NCBI GenBank assembly: GCA_017995695.1
Contig: JAGOIJ010000001.1
Coordinates: 1 to 43,336, forward strand
DNA: 43,336 nucleotides
Source of the DNA: Candidatus Omnitrophota bacterium
Lineage (GTDB): Bacteria > Omnitrophota > Gorgyraeia > Gygaellales > Profunditerraquicolaceae
Reading direction: 5' to 3'
The notes under the pieces are model-generated. The model worked only from the letters and a program-made list of their open reading frames with translations, ran no database searches and had not been told where the DNA came from. Below, one piece after another: positions 20,266-27,510 of this stretch (its first letter is position 1; every line of letters begins with the position of its first letter). A program made the position numbers and the translations under genes.

Positions 20266-21187
20266 TTCCTTGAGCTACCAAAAATAGCACTGCCATCCTT
20301 ACCGCAATGCCGTTAGTGACTTGCTCCAAGATCACCGAGTTTTCCCCATCGGCGACATCGCTTGCTATTTCAACCCCGCGATTAATCGGCCCGGGATGCA
20401 TAACCAGGATATTTTTCTTCGCTTTTTTTAAGCGCTCAGCAGTAATGCCAAAATGTTTAAAATATTCTAATTGTTGCGGAAATGCGTCTTTTTCATCGCG
20501 CTCAAACTGCATGCGCAATACGTTGACTGCGTCGGCCTTCGCCAATGCCTCATCAATATTGTGAGTAACCTCAGCCCCCATGGCTTCGATGCCGACCGGG
20601 ATGAGCATTTTTGGAGCGCAGACTGTCACATGCGCCCCCAGCTTGGTTAAGCCCCAGATGTTGGAACGGGCCACGCGCGAATGCGCGATGTCGCCAACAA
20701 TACTTACCCTTAAACCTTCAATACCCCCGAGTTTTTCTTTCAGGGTAAAAATATCCAAAAGCGCCTGCGTAGGATGTTCATGCCAACCATCACCGGCATT
20801 AACCACACTCAAGTTAACATGCCGGGCAAGCATGGCTGCTGCGCCTGAACAATTATGCCGCATCACGATAATATCAGCCTTGAGCGCTTGAATATTCAGG
20901 CCAGTATCAACCAGTGTTTCGCCCTTACGCACGCTCGATGTCTCCGAAGCGATATTAATCACATCGGCTGACAAGCGTTTCGCCGCAACCTCAAATGAAA
21001 CGCGGGTCCTAGTTGACGGCTCATAAAATAAATTCACCACGGTCTTGCCGCGCAACGCAGGAACTTTCTTAATCTCGCGTGTCGACACTTCTTTAAAAGA
21101 ATCCGTGGTGTTCAAGATAAGCTCAAGCTCATCCTTGCTTAGATCTTCTAAGCCTAATAAATCTTTTCGCGTCCACAGCGTTTCCAT
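20237..21187 (-). CDS. pyrB: Aspartate carbamoyltransferase catalytic subunit
   Basis: 316 aa with motifs FYEPSTRTR, HEHPTQALLD and HPGPINRG. Confidence 0.94.
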   Translation of the reverse strand: METLWTRKDLLGLEDLSKDELELILNTTDSFKEVSTREIKKVPALRGKTVVNLFYEPSTRTRVSFEVAAKRLSADVINIASETSSVRKGETLVDTGLNIQALKADIIVMRHNCSGAAAMLARHVNLSVVNAGDGWHEHPTQALLDIFTLKEKLGGIEGLRVSIVGDIAHSRVARSNIWGLTKLGAHVTVCAPKMLIPVGIEAMGAEVTHNIDEALAKADAVNVLRMQFERDEKDAFPQQLEYFKHFGITAERLKKAKKNILVMHPGPINRGVEIASDVADGENSVILEQVTNGIAVRMAVLFLVAQGNEKKDETTD

Positions 21188-21188
21188 G

Positions 21189-21728
21189 CTATTCTTTCTC
21201 GACGATAACTACTTCGTCTTGGCCTTCAGCCTCCTCAAGATGGACCTCAACTGTTTCTTGCGAGGCTGTAGGAATGTTTTTACCCACATAATCTGCGCGC
21301 AAAGGAAGCTCGCGATGCCCGCGGTCTATCAACACTGCTAACTGGATTGTCTTGGGTCGGCCAAAATCGATTAAGGCATCGAGCGCGGCGCGGATAGTGC
21401 GACCGGTAAACAATACATCATCAACCAAGACAAGCTGTTTATCATTGATATCAAAATCAATTTCGGTCTTATGCACCACCGGCTGGGCAGCGACCAGAGT
21501 CAAATCATCGCGGTATAACGTTATATCAAGGATGCCAACCGGCACTTCCCGGCCTTCTATTTTTTTGATACACTGCGCAAGCCGCTGCGCAAGGTACACG
21601 CCGCGGTTACGAATGCCCACTAAACACAAATCTTCAGTGCCCTTGTTTTTCTCAAGAATTTCATGGGCGATGCGCATGAGGGCGCGGCCGATTGCTTCCT
21701 TATCCAATATCTTTGATTTTTCTTTCAT
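21189..21728 (-). CDS. pyrR: Bifunctional pyrimidine operon regulator / uracil phosphoribosyltransferase PyrR
   Basis: 179 aa with the PRPP loop [17 protein letters not shown] and a PyrR-type N-terminus ([22 protein letters not shown]). Confidence 0.92.
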   Translation of the reverse strand: MKEKSKILDKEAIGRALMRIAHEILEKNKGTEDLCLVGIRNRGVYLAQRLAQCIKKIEGREVPVGILDITLYRDDLTLVAAQPVVHKTEIDFDINDKQLVLVDDVLFTGRTIRAALDALIDFGRPKTIQLAVLIDRGHRELPLRADYVGKNIPTASQETVEVHLEEAEGQDEVVIVEKE

Positions 21729-21752
21729 CCAAGATCCTTATTTTATTCATCC

Positions 21753-21815
21753 TACTCCTCGCCTTGGTTCTGCGAACCAGGCTCGTAAGTTTTTCGCAGA
21801 CGCCGTGCCTTTGGC
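21753..21815 (-). repeat. Intergenic structured repeat, partial copy 1 (3' module only)
   Basis: The first ~50 nt (21753..21802) match copy 2 at all but one position. After that it shares gtgcctttggc with copy 3. Confidence 0.8.
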
Positions 21816-21869
21816 TATCTTTACCGCATGTCTCTCTCGCAGATTTCTTAAAAATCTGATTGGGACTCC

Positions 21870-21994
21870 TACTCCTCGCCTTGGTTCTGCGAACCAGGCT
21901 CGTAAGTTTTTTGCAGACGCCTCAACATGTATTATCGGTGGGCTACACGTTACGTTGCGCGTTCCGCGCTGCCGTAACGTGTCTGCTCAATAAA
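21870..21994 (-). repeat. Intergenic structured repeat, full copy 2 (~125 nt)
   Basis: It shares both termini (tactcctcgcc... and ...gtctgctcaataaa) and the helix layout with copy 3 at 23529..23655. Confidence 0.8.
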
Positions 21995-22021
21995 AATACC
22001 CTTGGTGGAATTACCAAGGGT
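21989..22021 (-). terminator. Rho-independent terminator (the attenuator terminator of the pyr leader, and also the terminator for rarA)
   Basis: The minus strand reads ACCCTTGGT-AATTCC-ACCAAGGGT followed by ATTTTTATT: a 9-bp perfect stem with a U-run. Confidence 0.8.
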
Positions 22022-22060
22022 TATTAGTATATAACGTTGCTTTTATTTTCATTGGAGTAA

Positions 22061-22092
22061 CCTTGCCGGCTTCTCAAGAGCCAGCTTAAAGG
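22061..22092 (-). promoter_or_regulatory. Candidate PyrR-binding anti-antiterminator hairpin
   Basis: The minus strand reads CCTTTAAGCTGGCTCTTGAGAAGCCGGCAAGG. It has a lower stem CCTT/AAGG, a 5'-side UUUAA internal loop, an upper stem GCTGGCT/AGCCGGC and a GAGA-containing loop. The 3' arm plus flank (CAAGGTTA) can instead pair with the terminator's 5' arm (TAACCCTTG). Confidence 0.5.
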
Positions 22093-22107
22093 TCCTTTCT
22101 AGTGAAG

Positions 22108-22136
22108 AATATACCACGCATCATGCGGCTTGTCAA
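22108..22136 (-). promoter_or_regulatory. Sigma70-type promoter of the pyr leader (TTGACA-N17-TATATT with TGn extension)
   Basis: The minus strand reads TTGACAAGCCGCATGATGCGTGGTATATT. The -35 box overlaps the rarA stop codon, and the PyrR hairpin starts about 15 nt downstream of the -10 box. Confidence 0.6.
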
Positions 22137-23461
22137 GACGATCTTTTCTTCAAATCCTCCAATCGCTGCTTCATCTTTGCCTCATGCCCCATGTCAGTGG
22201 GTTTGTAATACGTTACTTTTTTGCGGGTGTACTTCTGATGCACATAATGATCTTTATAGTCGTGGGCATACTGGTAACCTGTTCCGTGCCCTAACTCTTC
22301 AGCGCCTTTGTAGGAAGCGTCTTTTAGATGATCCGGCACTTCTTGGACAATTCCTGTAGCCATATCTGCCATTGCTTTATCGATAGCCAAATAACTTGCG
22401 TTTGATTTGGGCGCGCAGGCAACATAAATTGCTGCTTGGGCCAACGGAATTCTTGCTTCCGGCATGCCCACAAATTCTGAAATCTGCAAGGCTGCATTTG
22501 CTAACACCAGCGCCAGAGGATCAGCATTGCCTACATCTTCAGCCGCACAGATACAAATCCGACGGGCAACAAAACGCGGGTCCTCCCCGGCATACAACAT
22601 TTTCGCCATCCAATACACCGCCGCATCAGGGTCAGATCCGCGCATGGATTTAATAAAGGCCGATGCGGTGTCATAATGGGCGTCTTCATCTTTATCATAG
22701 ACAACGGGTTTTTTCTGGATTGACTCTGCGGCTGCCTCTAATGAAAACATTACCGCGCCATCCTTTGCGGGAGCCGTTGTTAACACCCCGATCTCCAAAG
22801 CGCTCAATGCCCGTCGCGCATCTCCCTCGCATGATTGCGCGAGAAACGCCAACGCCTTAAAATCAGCCTTTACGTTCACATTGCCTAACCCTCGCTCTTT
22901 ATCATTGAGCGCGGCAGTCAGGATTGCAATAATATCTTTTTCGGTGAGTGATTTTAATTCGCAAACCAACGAGCGGGATAATAACGGTGCGGCTATGGAG
23001 AAAAAGGGATTGTGCACGGTTGCGCCGATAAGGATAGGGTTGCCCTCTTCCACATCAGGCAACAAAACATCTTGCTGAGCCTTGTTAAAGCGGTGAATCT
23101 CATCAATGAACAAGATGGTTTTCTTGGCAGTGTCTTGGAATTTACGCTTAGCTAAAGCAATGGCCTTGCGCAACTCCTCAACATTTGATGTCGTGGCGTT
23201 TAAAGGAACGTAGTGTGATTTTGTCGTATTGGCAATACACCAGGCAAGTGAAGTCTTGCCGCAACCAGGGGGGCCAAACAACACTAGAGAGCTAAGTCGG
23301 TCCGCCTCGATTGCCCGGCGCAATAACTTACCCTTACCTAAAATATGCTGCTGGCCCACGAGGGTATCAAGCGAAAACGGACGCATGCGCACGGCAAGGG
23401 GGAGATTACGAGAAGATTCTTTATTTTCGGTTTTAAATAAATCAGAAGGTTGGATAGACAT
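22133..23461 (-). CDS. rarA: Replication-associated recombination protein A (MgsA/RarA AAA+ ATPase)
   Basis: 442 aa with LRPFSLDTLVGQQHILG, Walker A GPPGCGKTS, FIDEIHRFNK and the C-terminal MgsA domain (DAHYDTASAFIKSMRGSDPDAAVYW). Confidence 0.92.
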   Translation of the reverse strand: MSIQPSDLFKTENKESSRNLPLAVRMRPFSLDTLVGQQHILGKGKLLRRAIEADRLSSLVLFGPPGCGKTSLAWCIANTTKSHYVPLNATTSNVEELRKAIALAKRKFQDTAKKTILFIDEIHRFNKAQQDVLLPDVEEGNPILIGATVHNPFFSIAAPLLSRSLVCELKSLTEKDIIAILTAALNDKERGLGNVNVKADFKALAFLAQSCEGDARRALSALEIGVLTTAPAKDGAVMFSLEAAAESIQKKPVVYDKDEDAHYDTASAFIKSMRGSDPDAAVYWMAKMLYAGEDPRFVARRICICAAEDVGNADPLALVLANAALQISEFVGMPEARIPLAQAAIYVACAPKSNASYLAIDKAMADMATGIVQEVPDHLKDASYKGAEELGHGTGYQYAHDYKDHYVHQKYTRKKVTYYKPTDMGHEAKMKQRLEDLKKRSS

Positions 23462-23528
23462 GCGGTATTATTTCGCACAGCAGTGCGCACGTGCCGATCC
23501 GATACGGCACGGTGCTGGCCCAACAATT

Positions 23529-23655
23529 TACTCCTCGCCTTGGGTTCTTAAAGAACCAGGCTCGGAGTTATTTCGCAGACGTCGTGCCTTTGGCACGACT
23601 ACAACTTACGTCGAAAACTTTTGCACCAATACTCGTAAGTTGTCTGCTCAATAAA
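23529..23655 (-). repeat. Intergenic structured repeat, full copy 3 (~127 nt)
   Basis: Minus-strand helices: P1 GCAGAC/GTCTGC, P2 AACTTACG/CGTAAGTT, P3 GTCGTGCC/GGCACGAC, and P4 ACTCC-GA-GCC/GGC-GA-GGAGT capped by GGTTC/GAACC. Confidence 0.8.
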
Positions 23656-23663
23656 CAAATAAT

Positions 23664-23813
23664 CCCCGCAATAGTGCCGTTGGAAAGGATATACTGAACC
23701 ATCTGGTTACAGGTGGGCGCCTCCCTTTAAAGCCAAAGCTAATAAAGGAGTGTCGGCTCCCAAACTATTAGTGTTGGTTCACTAATTATCGGTTTTCCAA
23801 CGCGCACCGCAGG
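23664..23813 (-). ncRNA. Candidate structured RNA domain (unknown class) closed by a ~20-bp helix and followed by a U-rich tract
   Basis: Closing helix on the minus strand: CCCTGC-GGTGC-G-CGTTGGAAA pairs with TTTCCAACG-GCAC-(TATT)-GCGGGG. Three internal hairpins: ATTAGTG/CACTAAT; TGGGAGCC/GGCGCCCA enclosing CTCCTTT/AAAGGGAG; and CTG(T)AACC/GGTTCAG. The domain is followed by ATTATTTGTTTATT. No protein-coding potential. Confidence 0.45.
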
Positions 23814-23841
23814 GATATAGCAAAGAACTAATTCCATTTTA

Positions 23842-23870
23842 AGTTTACCATATCACCTGCCTGCTGTCAA
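23842..23870 (-). promoter_or_regulatory. Sigma70-type promoter (TTGACA-N17-TAAACT) facing the structured domain and rarA
   Basis: The minus strand reads TTGACAGCAGGCAGGTGATATGGTAAACT, 55 nt downstream of the pheT stop. Confidence 0.5.
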
Positions 23871-23923
23871 TAAGTAGTAGAGTTTATAAGGGCGAGCGGG
23901 GGAATAGTATACCGTTTAACACC

Positions 23924-25948
23924 TTACCTGATACGCGCGCCAAAGCGTTTGGACAATAGATCAGCCAGTGATACCATGAGAGGATTAATTTCGCTTTCGG
24001 TCAAGGTGCGGTTATGGGCGCGAAACAAGCATGAAAACGTTAAGCTGCGCTGCCCGGATGGAATTTGCTTTCCTTGATAATAATCAATAATACGGACCTC
24101 TTGCAAGAGTAACCCGGCACTCTGTTGCACTGCCAAAAGCATCTCGGCAGCGCTTGTCTGTTCAGACACCAAAACACTGATATCTCTAGTGATACCGGGA
24201 AATACAGGCAAGGAAGAGATTTTTTTCGTAAGCGTAGCTAAAGGCAACAATCTGCCAAGATCAAGTAACGCAACCACTACCTGATTATTTTTTATCTCAA
24301 ACAATTCCAGCTCGTTTCGTTCTAGTTGCTGCAATCTGCCAATAGTTTTTCCTTGGGCGCTCAACGTGATCGCATTACCATCGTCATATTGAAAACCATA
24401 TGAAGCAATGCCTAACCGTTGCAATAAGCTCTCAACAATTCCCTTTAGATGCAATAACCCGAGCTCTTCCTTAATAAGGCCGGCGCTTAACAAAAGCGAG
24501 CGCGTCCCGCACAAAAGAATCCCAAGCTCCATGGATTCTTGAGGGCCGTTGCGATCTTCACAAAAAATATCGCCTGCCTCAAAAAGCATCACCGCATCCT
24601 GTTTTTGATTAAGATTAAAGGCGGCACTCTTCACCAAGCCCGGGATCAAGCTAGTCCTAAGCGCTTCCTGATCTTTGCTTAAAGGATTGGCCACGACTAT
24701 GGGCTCTGCCTCAACAAAGCGATGCGCAGTTTGACAATCGGTAAGGCTATAGGTGATTGCTTCATTCAGGCCTAAGCCAACAAGCGTGTTCTTTATCAAG
24801 GCAACCAAATCTTTAGTATCAGGCGCAGAGCGTTGAGGCGTTACCTGCGGCAGAGTCGCAGGAATATTTTCAAATCCGTAAATTCTGGCGACCTCCTCAA
24901 CCACATCAACATCGCTGCGCACATCCGCTCGATGCGACGGGACGGTGATCTGCAGCGCGTCCTTACCCCTCGCAGAAACCGAAAAATTAAGCCAGGTAAG
25001 GATATTTTTTATGGATGCAGCCGGAATCGTAGTGCCCAACATCGTATTCAAACGATCCACGCTCACAACCACCCGGTTTTTACGAATTACTGGGCTCCCT
25101 GCCTGTTGGACTGCGCAAAGTTTTCCACCGCAATGTTCAAGGATTAGCGCAGTAGCGCGCGCCGATGCCTCAAAAACAGTACCGCAATCAACGCCGCGCT
25201 CAAATCGATACGCAGCCTCACTTTGCAAACCCAACTTTTGCCTACCGCGACGCACCACAACCGGATTAAAGACCGCTCCTTCAAGCAAAATATTCGTAGT
25301 TCTTTCAGTTACTTCTGTATCTTTGCCTCCCATAATGCCCGCAATGGCTACCGGCTTTTTCTCATCCGCAATTACCAAAACCTCTTGATATAATGGCCGC
25401 GGCACTGCGTCAATAGACACTATCTTCTCGTTACTCTTTGCTTTGCGCACCATAATAACGCTGCCCTCAAGCGTATCCATATCAAAAGCATGTAAAGGCT
25501 CCCCCAACTCAAACAAAAGGTAATTAGTGATATCGACGACATTGTTTACGCTACGGCAACCCACGAGTTCTAATCTTTTCTTCAGCCACTCTGGCGACGC
25601 ACCAACCTTAACTCCCTGAATTATTTTCGCCGTGTAAAGTGGACAATCTAATTTATCTTCGATTTTAATGGAACATATTTCTTTCCTTTGACCTGACGAC
25701 CTGGTGACCTTGCGACCTGGTGACCGCTTTATTGTTTTTCCTGTAACTGCCGCCACTTCGCGCGCGATTCCCACAACACTTAACCAATCCGGCCGGTTCG
25801 AGGTAATCTCTATCTCAAAGATAACATCGCCCTCTGCCTCCTCAAGAGACACAACTTCTAAGCCTGCCATAGTCAATTTCTCGGCCAGCTCCCGAGGAGC
25901 GATGCGTATATCCACAAAATCTTTAAGCCATTGATAGGTTACTTTCAT
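23924..25948 (-). CDS. pheT: Phenylalanine--tRNA ligase beta subunit (short form lacking the B2 OB-fold tRNA-binding domain)
   Basis: 674 aa. It has the N-terminus MKVTYQWLKDFV, B3/4 and B5 regions, and a C-terminal FDX-ACB-like domain. The sequence runs straight from AGLEVVSLEEAEGDVIFEIEITSNRPDW, where other bacteria carry a ~100-aa OB domain. Confidence 0.92.
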   Translation of the reverse strand: MKVTYQWLKDFVDIRIAPRELAEKLTMAGLEVVSLEEAEGDVIFEIEITSNRPDWLSVVGIAREVAAVTGKTIKRSPGRKVTRSSGQRKEICSIKIEDKLDCPLYTAKIIQGVKVGASPEWLKKRLELVGCRSVNNVVDITNYLLFELGEPLHAFDMDTLEGSVIMVRKAKSNEKIVSIDAVPRPLYQEVLVIADEKKPVAIAGIMGGKDTEVTERTTNILLEGAVFNPVVVRRGRQKLGLQSEAAYRFERGVDCGTVFEASARATALILEHCGGKLCAVQQAGSPVIRKNRVVVSVDRLNTMLGTTIPAASIKNILTWLNFSVSARGKDALQITVPSHRADVRSDVDVVEEVARIYGFENIPATLPQVTPQRSAPDTKDLVALIKNTLVGLGLNEAITYSLTDCQTAHRFVEAEPIVVANPLSKDQEALRTSLIPGLVKSAAFNLNQKQDAVMLFEAGDIFCEDRNGPQESMELGILLCGTRSLLLSAGLIKEELGLLHLKGIVESLLQRLGIASYGFQYDDGNAITLSAQGKTIGRLQQLERNELELFEIKNNQVVVALLDLGRLLPLATLTKKISSLPVFPGITRDISVLVSEQTSAAEMLLAVQQSAGLLLQEVRIIDYYQGKQIPSGQRSLTFSCLFRAHNRTLTESEINPLMVSLADLLSKRFGARIR

Positions 25949-25993
25949 AGCGTTTTCTGTTCCATCGCCGGAACTAAAACTCTACCCGGCGCT

Positions 25994-27040
25994 TTAAAAC
26001 TGCCTTAAAAATCTCAAATCATTTTGGTACAGCAATCGAATATCGTGAATGCCATACTTAAGCATTGCAATACGATCTACGCCCATACCAAAAGCAAAAC
26101 CGGTGTACGTGTGCGCCGGATATCCTACATGCTTAAATACATGAGGATGGATCATTCCTGAACCAAGGATCTCCAGCCATCCTTTTCTGCCGCACGCAGA
26201 ACATCCTTTGCCTTTGCACATCATACAAGAAACATCAACTTCGGCTGACGGCTCGGTGAAAGGGAAAAAATGCGGCCGAAATCTTGTTTGCACATCATTA
26301 CCGAAAATGGCCTTAGCAAAAACATCCAAAACACCCTTAAGATCAGCAAAGGTAATTTGCTTATCAACTAAAAAACCTTCGATCTGATGAAACATATATG
26401 AGTGGCTTGCATCAGTTGCGTCTGGCCGATAGACTTTTCCCGGGACAACAACCGCTAAAGGAGGCTTACGCGCCTTCATCACGCGTATCTGCACCGGAGA
26501 CGTGTGGCTGCGCAATAGGCGCCTGTCGCCTGTCTCCCGCCCCTGACCGGCAACATGAGCTGATGGCGCAAGATAAAAAGTATCAAATGCCTCGCGCGAA
26601 GGATGCTCCAGAGGAATGTTCAATCCGGTAAAATTATTCTCCTCGGTTTCAATCTCCGGGCCTTCAACCACAATAAAGCCCATCTGCTTAAAAATAGCGC
26701 AGATCTCATTGGTCACCTGCGTCAGAGGATGTAATCGCCCAAGCTCTTGGGCAATCCCTGGCATGCCAATATCAACGCGGTCTTTTGATATTGCTTGCGT
26801 CTTGCCTGCAATCTGTTTTTCTTTTTCCGTCAGCAAAACCTGAATAGCCTGCTTAAGTGCGTTCACCTTTTGGCCAACAACAGCTCGTTCCTGCACCGGC
26901 ATAGTGGGAATCGTGGCAGTAAGTTGCGCAAGCGCACCTTTTCTTCCCATGTATTTAATACGCAGCGCCTCAAGATCTTCTAACGAAGCTACATGGCTAA
27001 TCTCTGTTTCTATTTGGTTTTTAAGCGCGTCAATATCCAT
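25994..27040 (-). CDS. pheS: Phenylalanine--tRNA ligase alpha subunit
   Basis: 348 aa with class II motifs (FRPHFFPFTEPS, GFAFGMGVDRIAML). Confidence 0.94.
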   Translation of the reverse strand: MDIDALKNQIETEISHVASLEDLEALRIKYMGRKGALAQLTATIPTMPVQERAVVGQKVNALKQAIQVLLTEKEKQIAGKTQAISKDRVDIGMPGIAQELGRLHPLTQVTNEICAIFKQMGFIVVEGPEIETEENNFTGLNIPLEHPSREAFDTFYLAPSAHVAGQGRETGDRRLLRSHTSPVQIRVMKARKPPLAVVVPGKVYRPDATDASHSYMFHQIEGFLVDKQITFADLKGVLDVFAKAIFGNDVQTRFRPHFFPFTEPSAEVDVSCMMCKGKGCSACGRKGWLEILGSGMIHPHVFKHVGYPAHTYTGFAFGMGVDRIAMLKYGIHDIRLLYQNDLRFLRQF

Positions 27041-27510
27041 AGTAATAAAAGAAACACTCCTAGCCCTAAAGCAAGATTTGTTTTATCCGGGCTAAGCCTG
27101 CGCGACAGCAGCCTGCCGTCAGTGATTTTTTGCACTGCCTGCGCGTGTATATCAAGATCGCCTCCATGCTCAAGGCAAGCGCGGTTAAATAAGCCCGTAA
27201 CCTCAATGATATCGCCTTTACTTTTATAACTACCGGTCAATGCTATGATTTGGGTTAACGTGCGCGGCATCCATACCCCTATTGCTACTGCGCCATCATG
27301 CACATTCACCCAAGCAAAATCTTTGCGCGCCATAACGTCGCCAATAACTTCTCCGCGAAAGGTAACGGTTTTACCATCGTAAGCCTTAGCCTGCGAGATT
27401 AATTGCTCGGCAGAAAGAGGCTGGGCGTATGTCGTACAAGTGCAACATGCAAATAGCAACATACAACATGACAATTCAAAAATAAATATTTTTGCATTTT
27501 TGTTTGTCAT
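27010..27510 (-). CDS. Hypothetical exported protein with a C-terminal TM anchor (possible OB-fold)
   Basis: 166 aa with a signal-like N-terminus, a beta-rich core (KTVTFRGEVIGDVM...VNVHDGAVAIGVWMP) and a terminal hydrophobic helix. It overlaps the trkH stop as ATGA and the pheS start by 31 nt. Confidence 0.5.
   Translation of the reverse strand: MTNKNAKIFIFELSCCMLLFACCTCTTYAQPLSAEQLISQAKAYDGKTVTFRGEVIGDVMARKDFAWVNVHDGAVAIGVWMPRTLTQIIALTGSYKSKGDIIEVTGLFNRACLEHGGDLDIHAQAVQKITDGRLLSRRLSPDKTNLALGLGVFLLLLWILTRLKTK

Noticed and set aside
21352-21993. A 213-aa plus-strand ORF antisense to pyrR. Its C-terminus (...SAQ*) is shared with the plus-strand ORF 23229..23654.
   Set aside because: Most of it lies opposite a well-supported pyrR gene, and its composition is low-complexity and Ser/Arg-rich. 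The shared ending is just the conserved repeat terminus gtctgctcaataa read in frame. The same reasoning applies to the other long antisense ORFs (for example 39304..39900 opposite parA, 15111..15650 opposite carB and 12516..13034 opposite pyrK).
21753-21994. Could the tandem repeats upstream of pyrR be a small CRISPR array?
   Set aside because: There are only 1.5 units. The units are 125 nt rather than 28-37 nt, there is no regular repeat-spacer periodicity, there are no cas genes, and further copies are dispersed singly.
23575-23588. A sigma54-like -24/-12 element (GGCACG-N4-CTGC on the minus strand) inside repeat copy 3, and again in copy 1 (21796..21809, GGCACGGCGTCTGC).
   Set aside because: The GG-N10-GC spacing is correct, but the GGCAC half is also one arm of helix P3. 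The motif is missing from copies 2 and 4, and the -12 box reads CTGC rather than TTGC. I think it is most likely a by-product of the hairpin sequence.
23664-23813. Identifying the structured domain as SRP RNA, 6S RNA, tmRNA, RNase P RNA, or a T-box/TPP/SAM riboswitch.
   Set aside because: The signature strings are absent on both strands: GGAAGCAGCC for SRP, GAGGAAAGTCC for RNase P, a tRNA-like CCA end for tmRNA, the T-box sequence, and CUGAGA for TPP. The four-helix junction shape does not match the single long bulged hairpin of 6S RNA. I therefore left it as unknown class.
25698-25725. A direct 13-nt repeat, cgacctggtgacc x2, inside pheT.
   Set aside because: It lies in frame within a basic linker (KRSPGRKVTRSSGQRK) of an otherwise intact gene. 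It looks like a small slippage duplication with no regulatory context.
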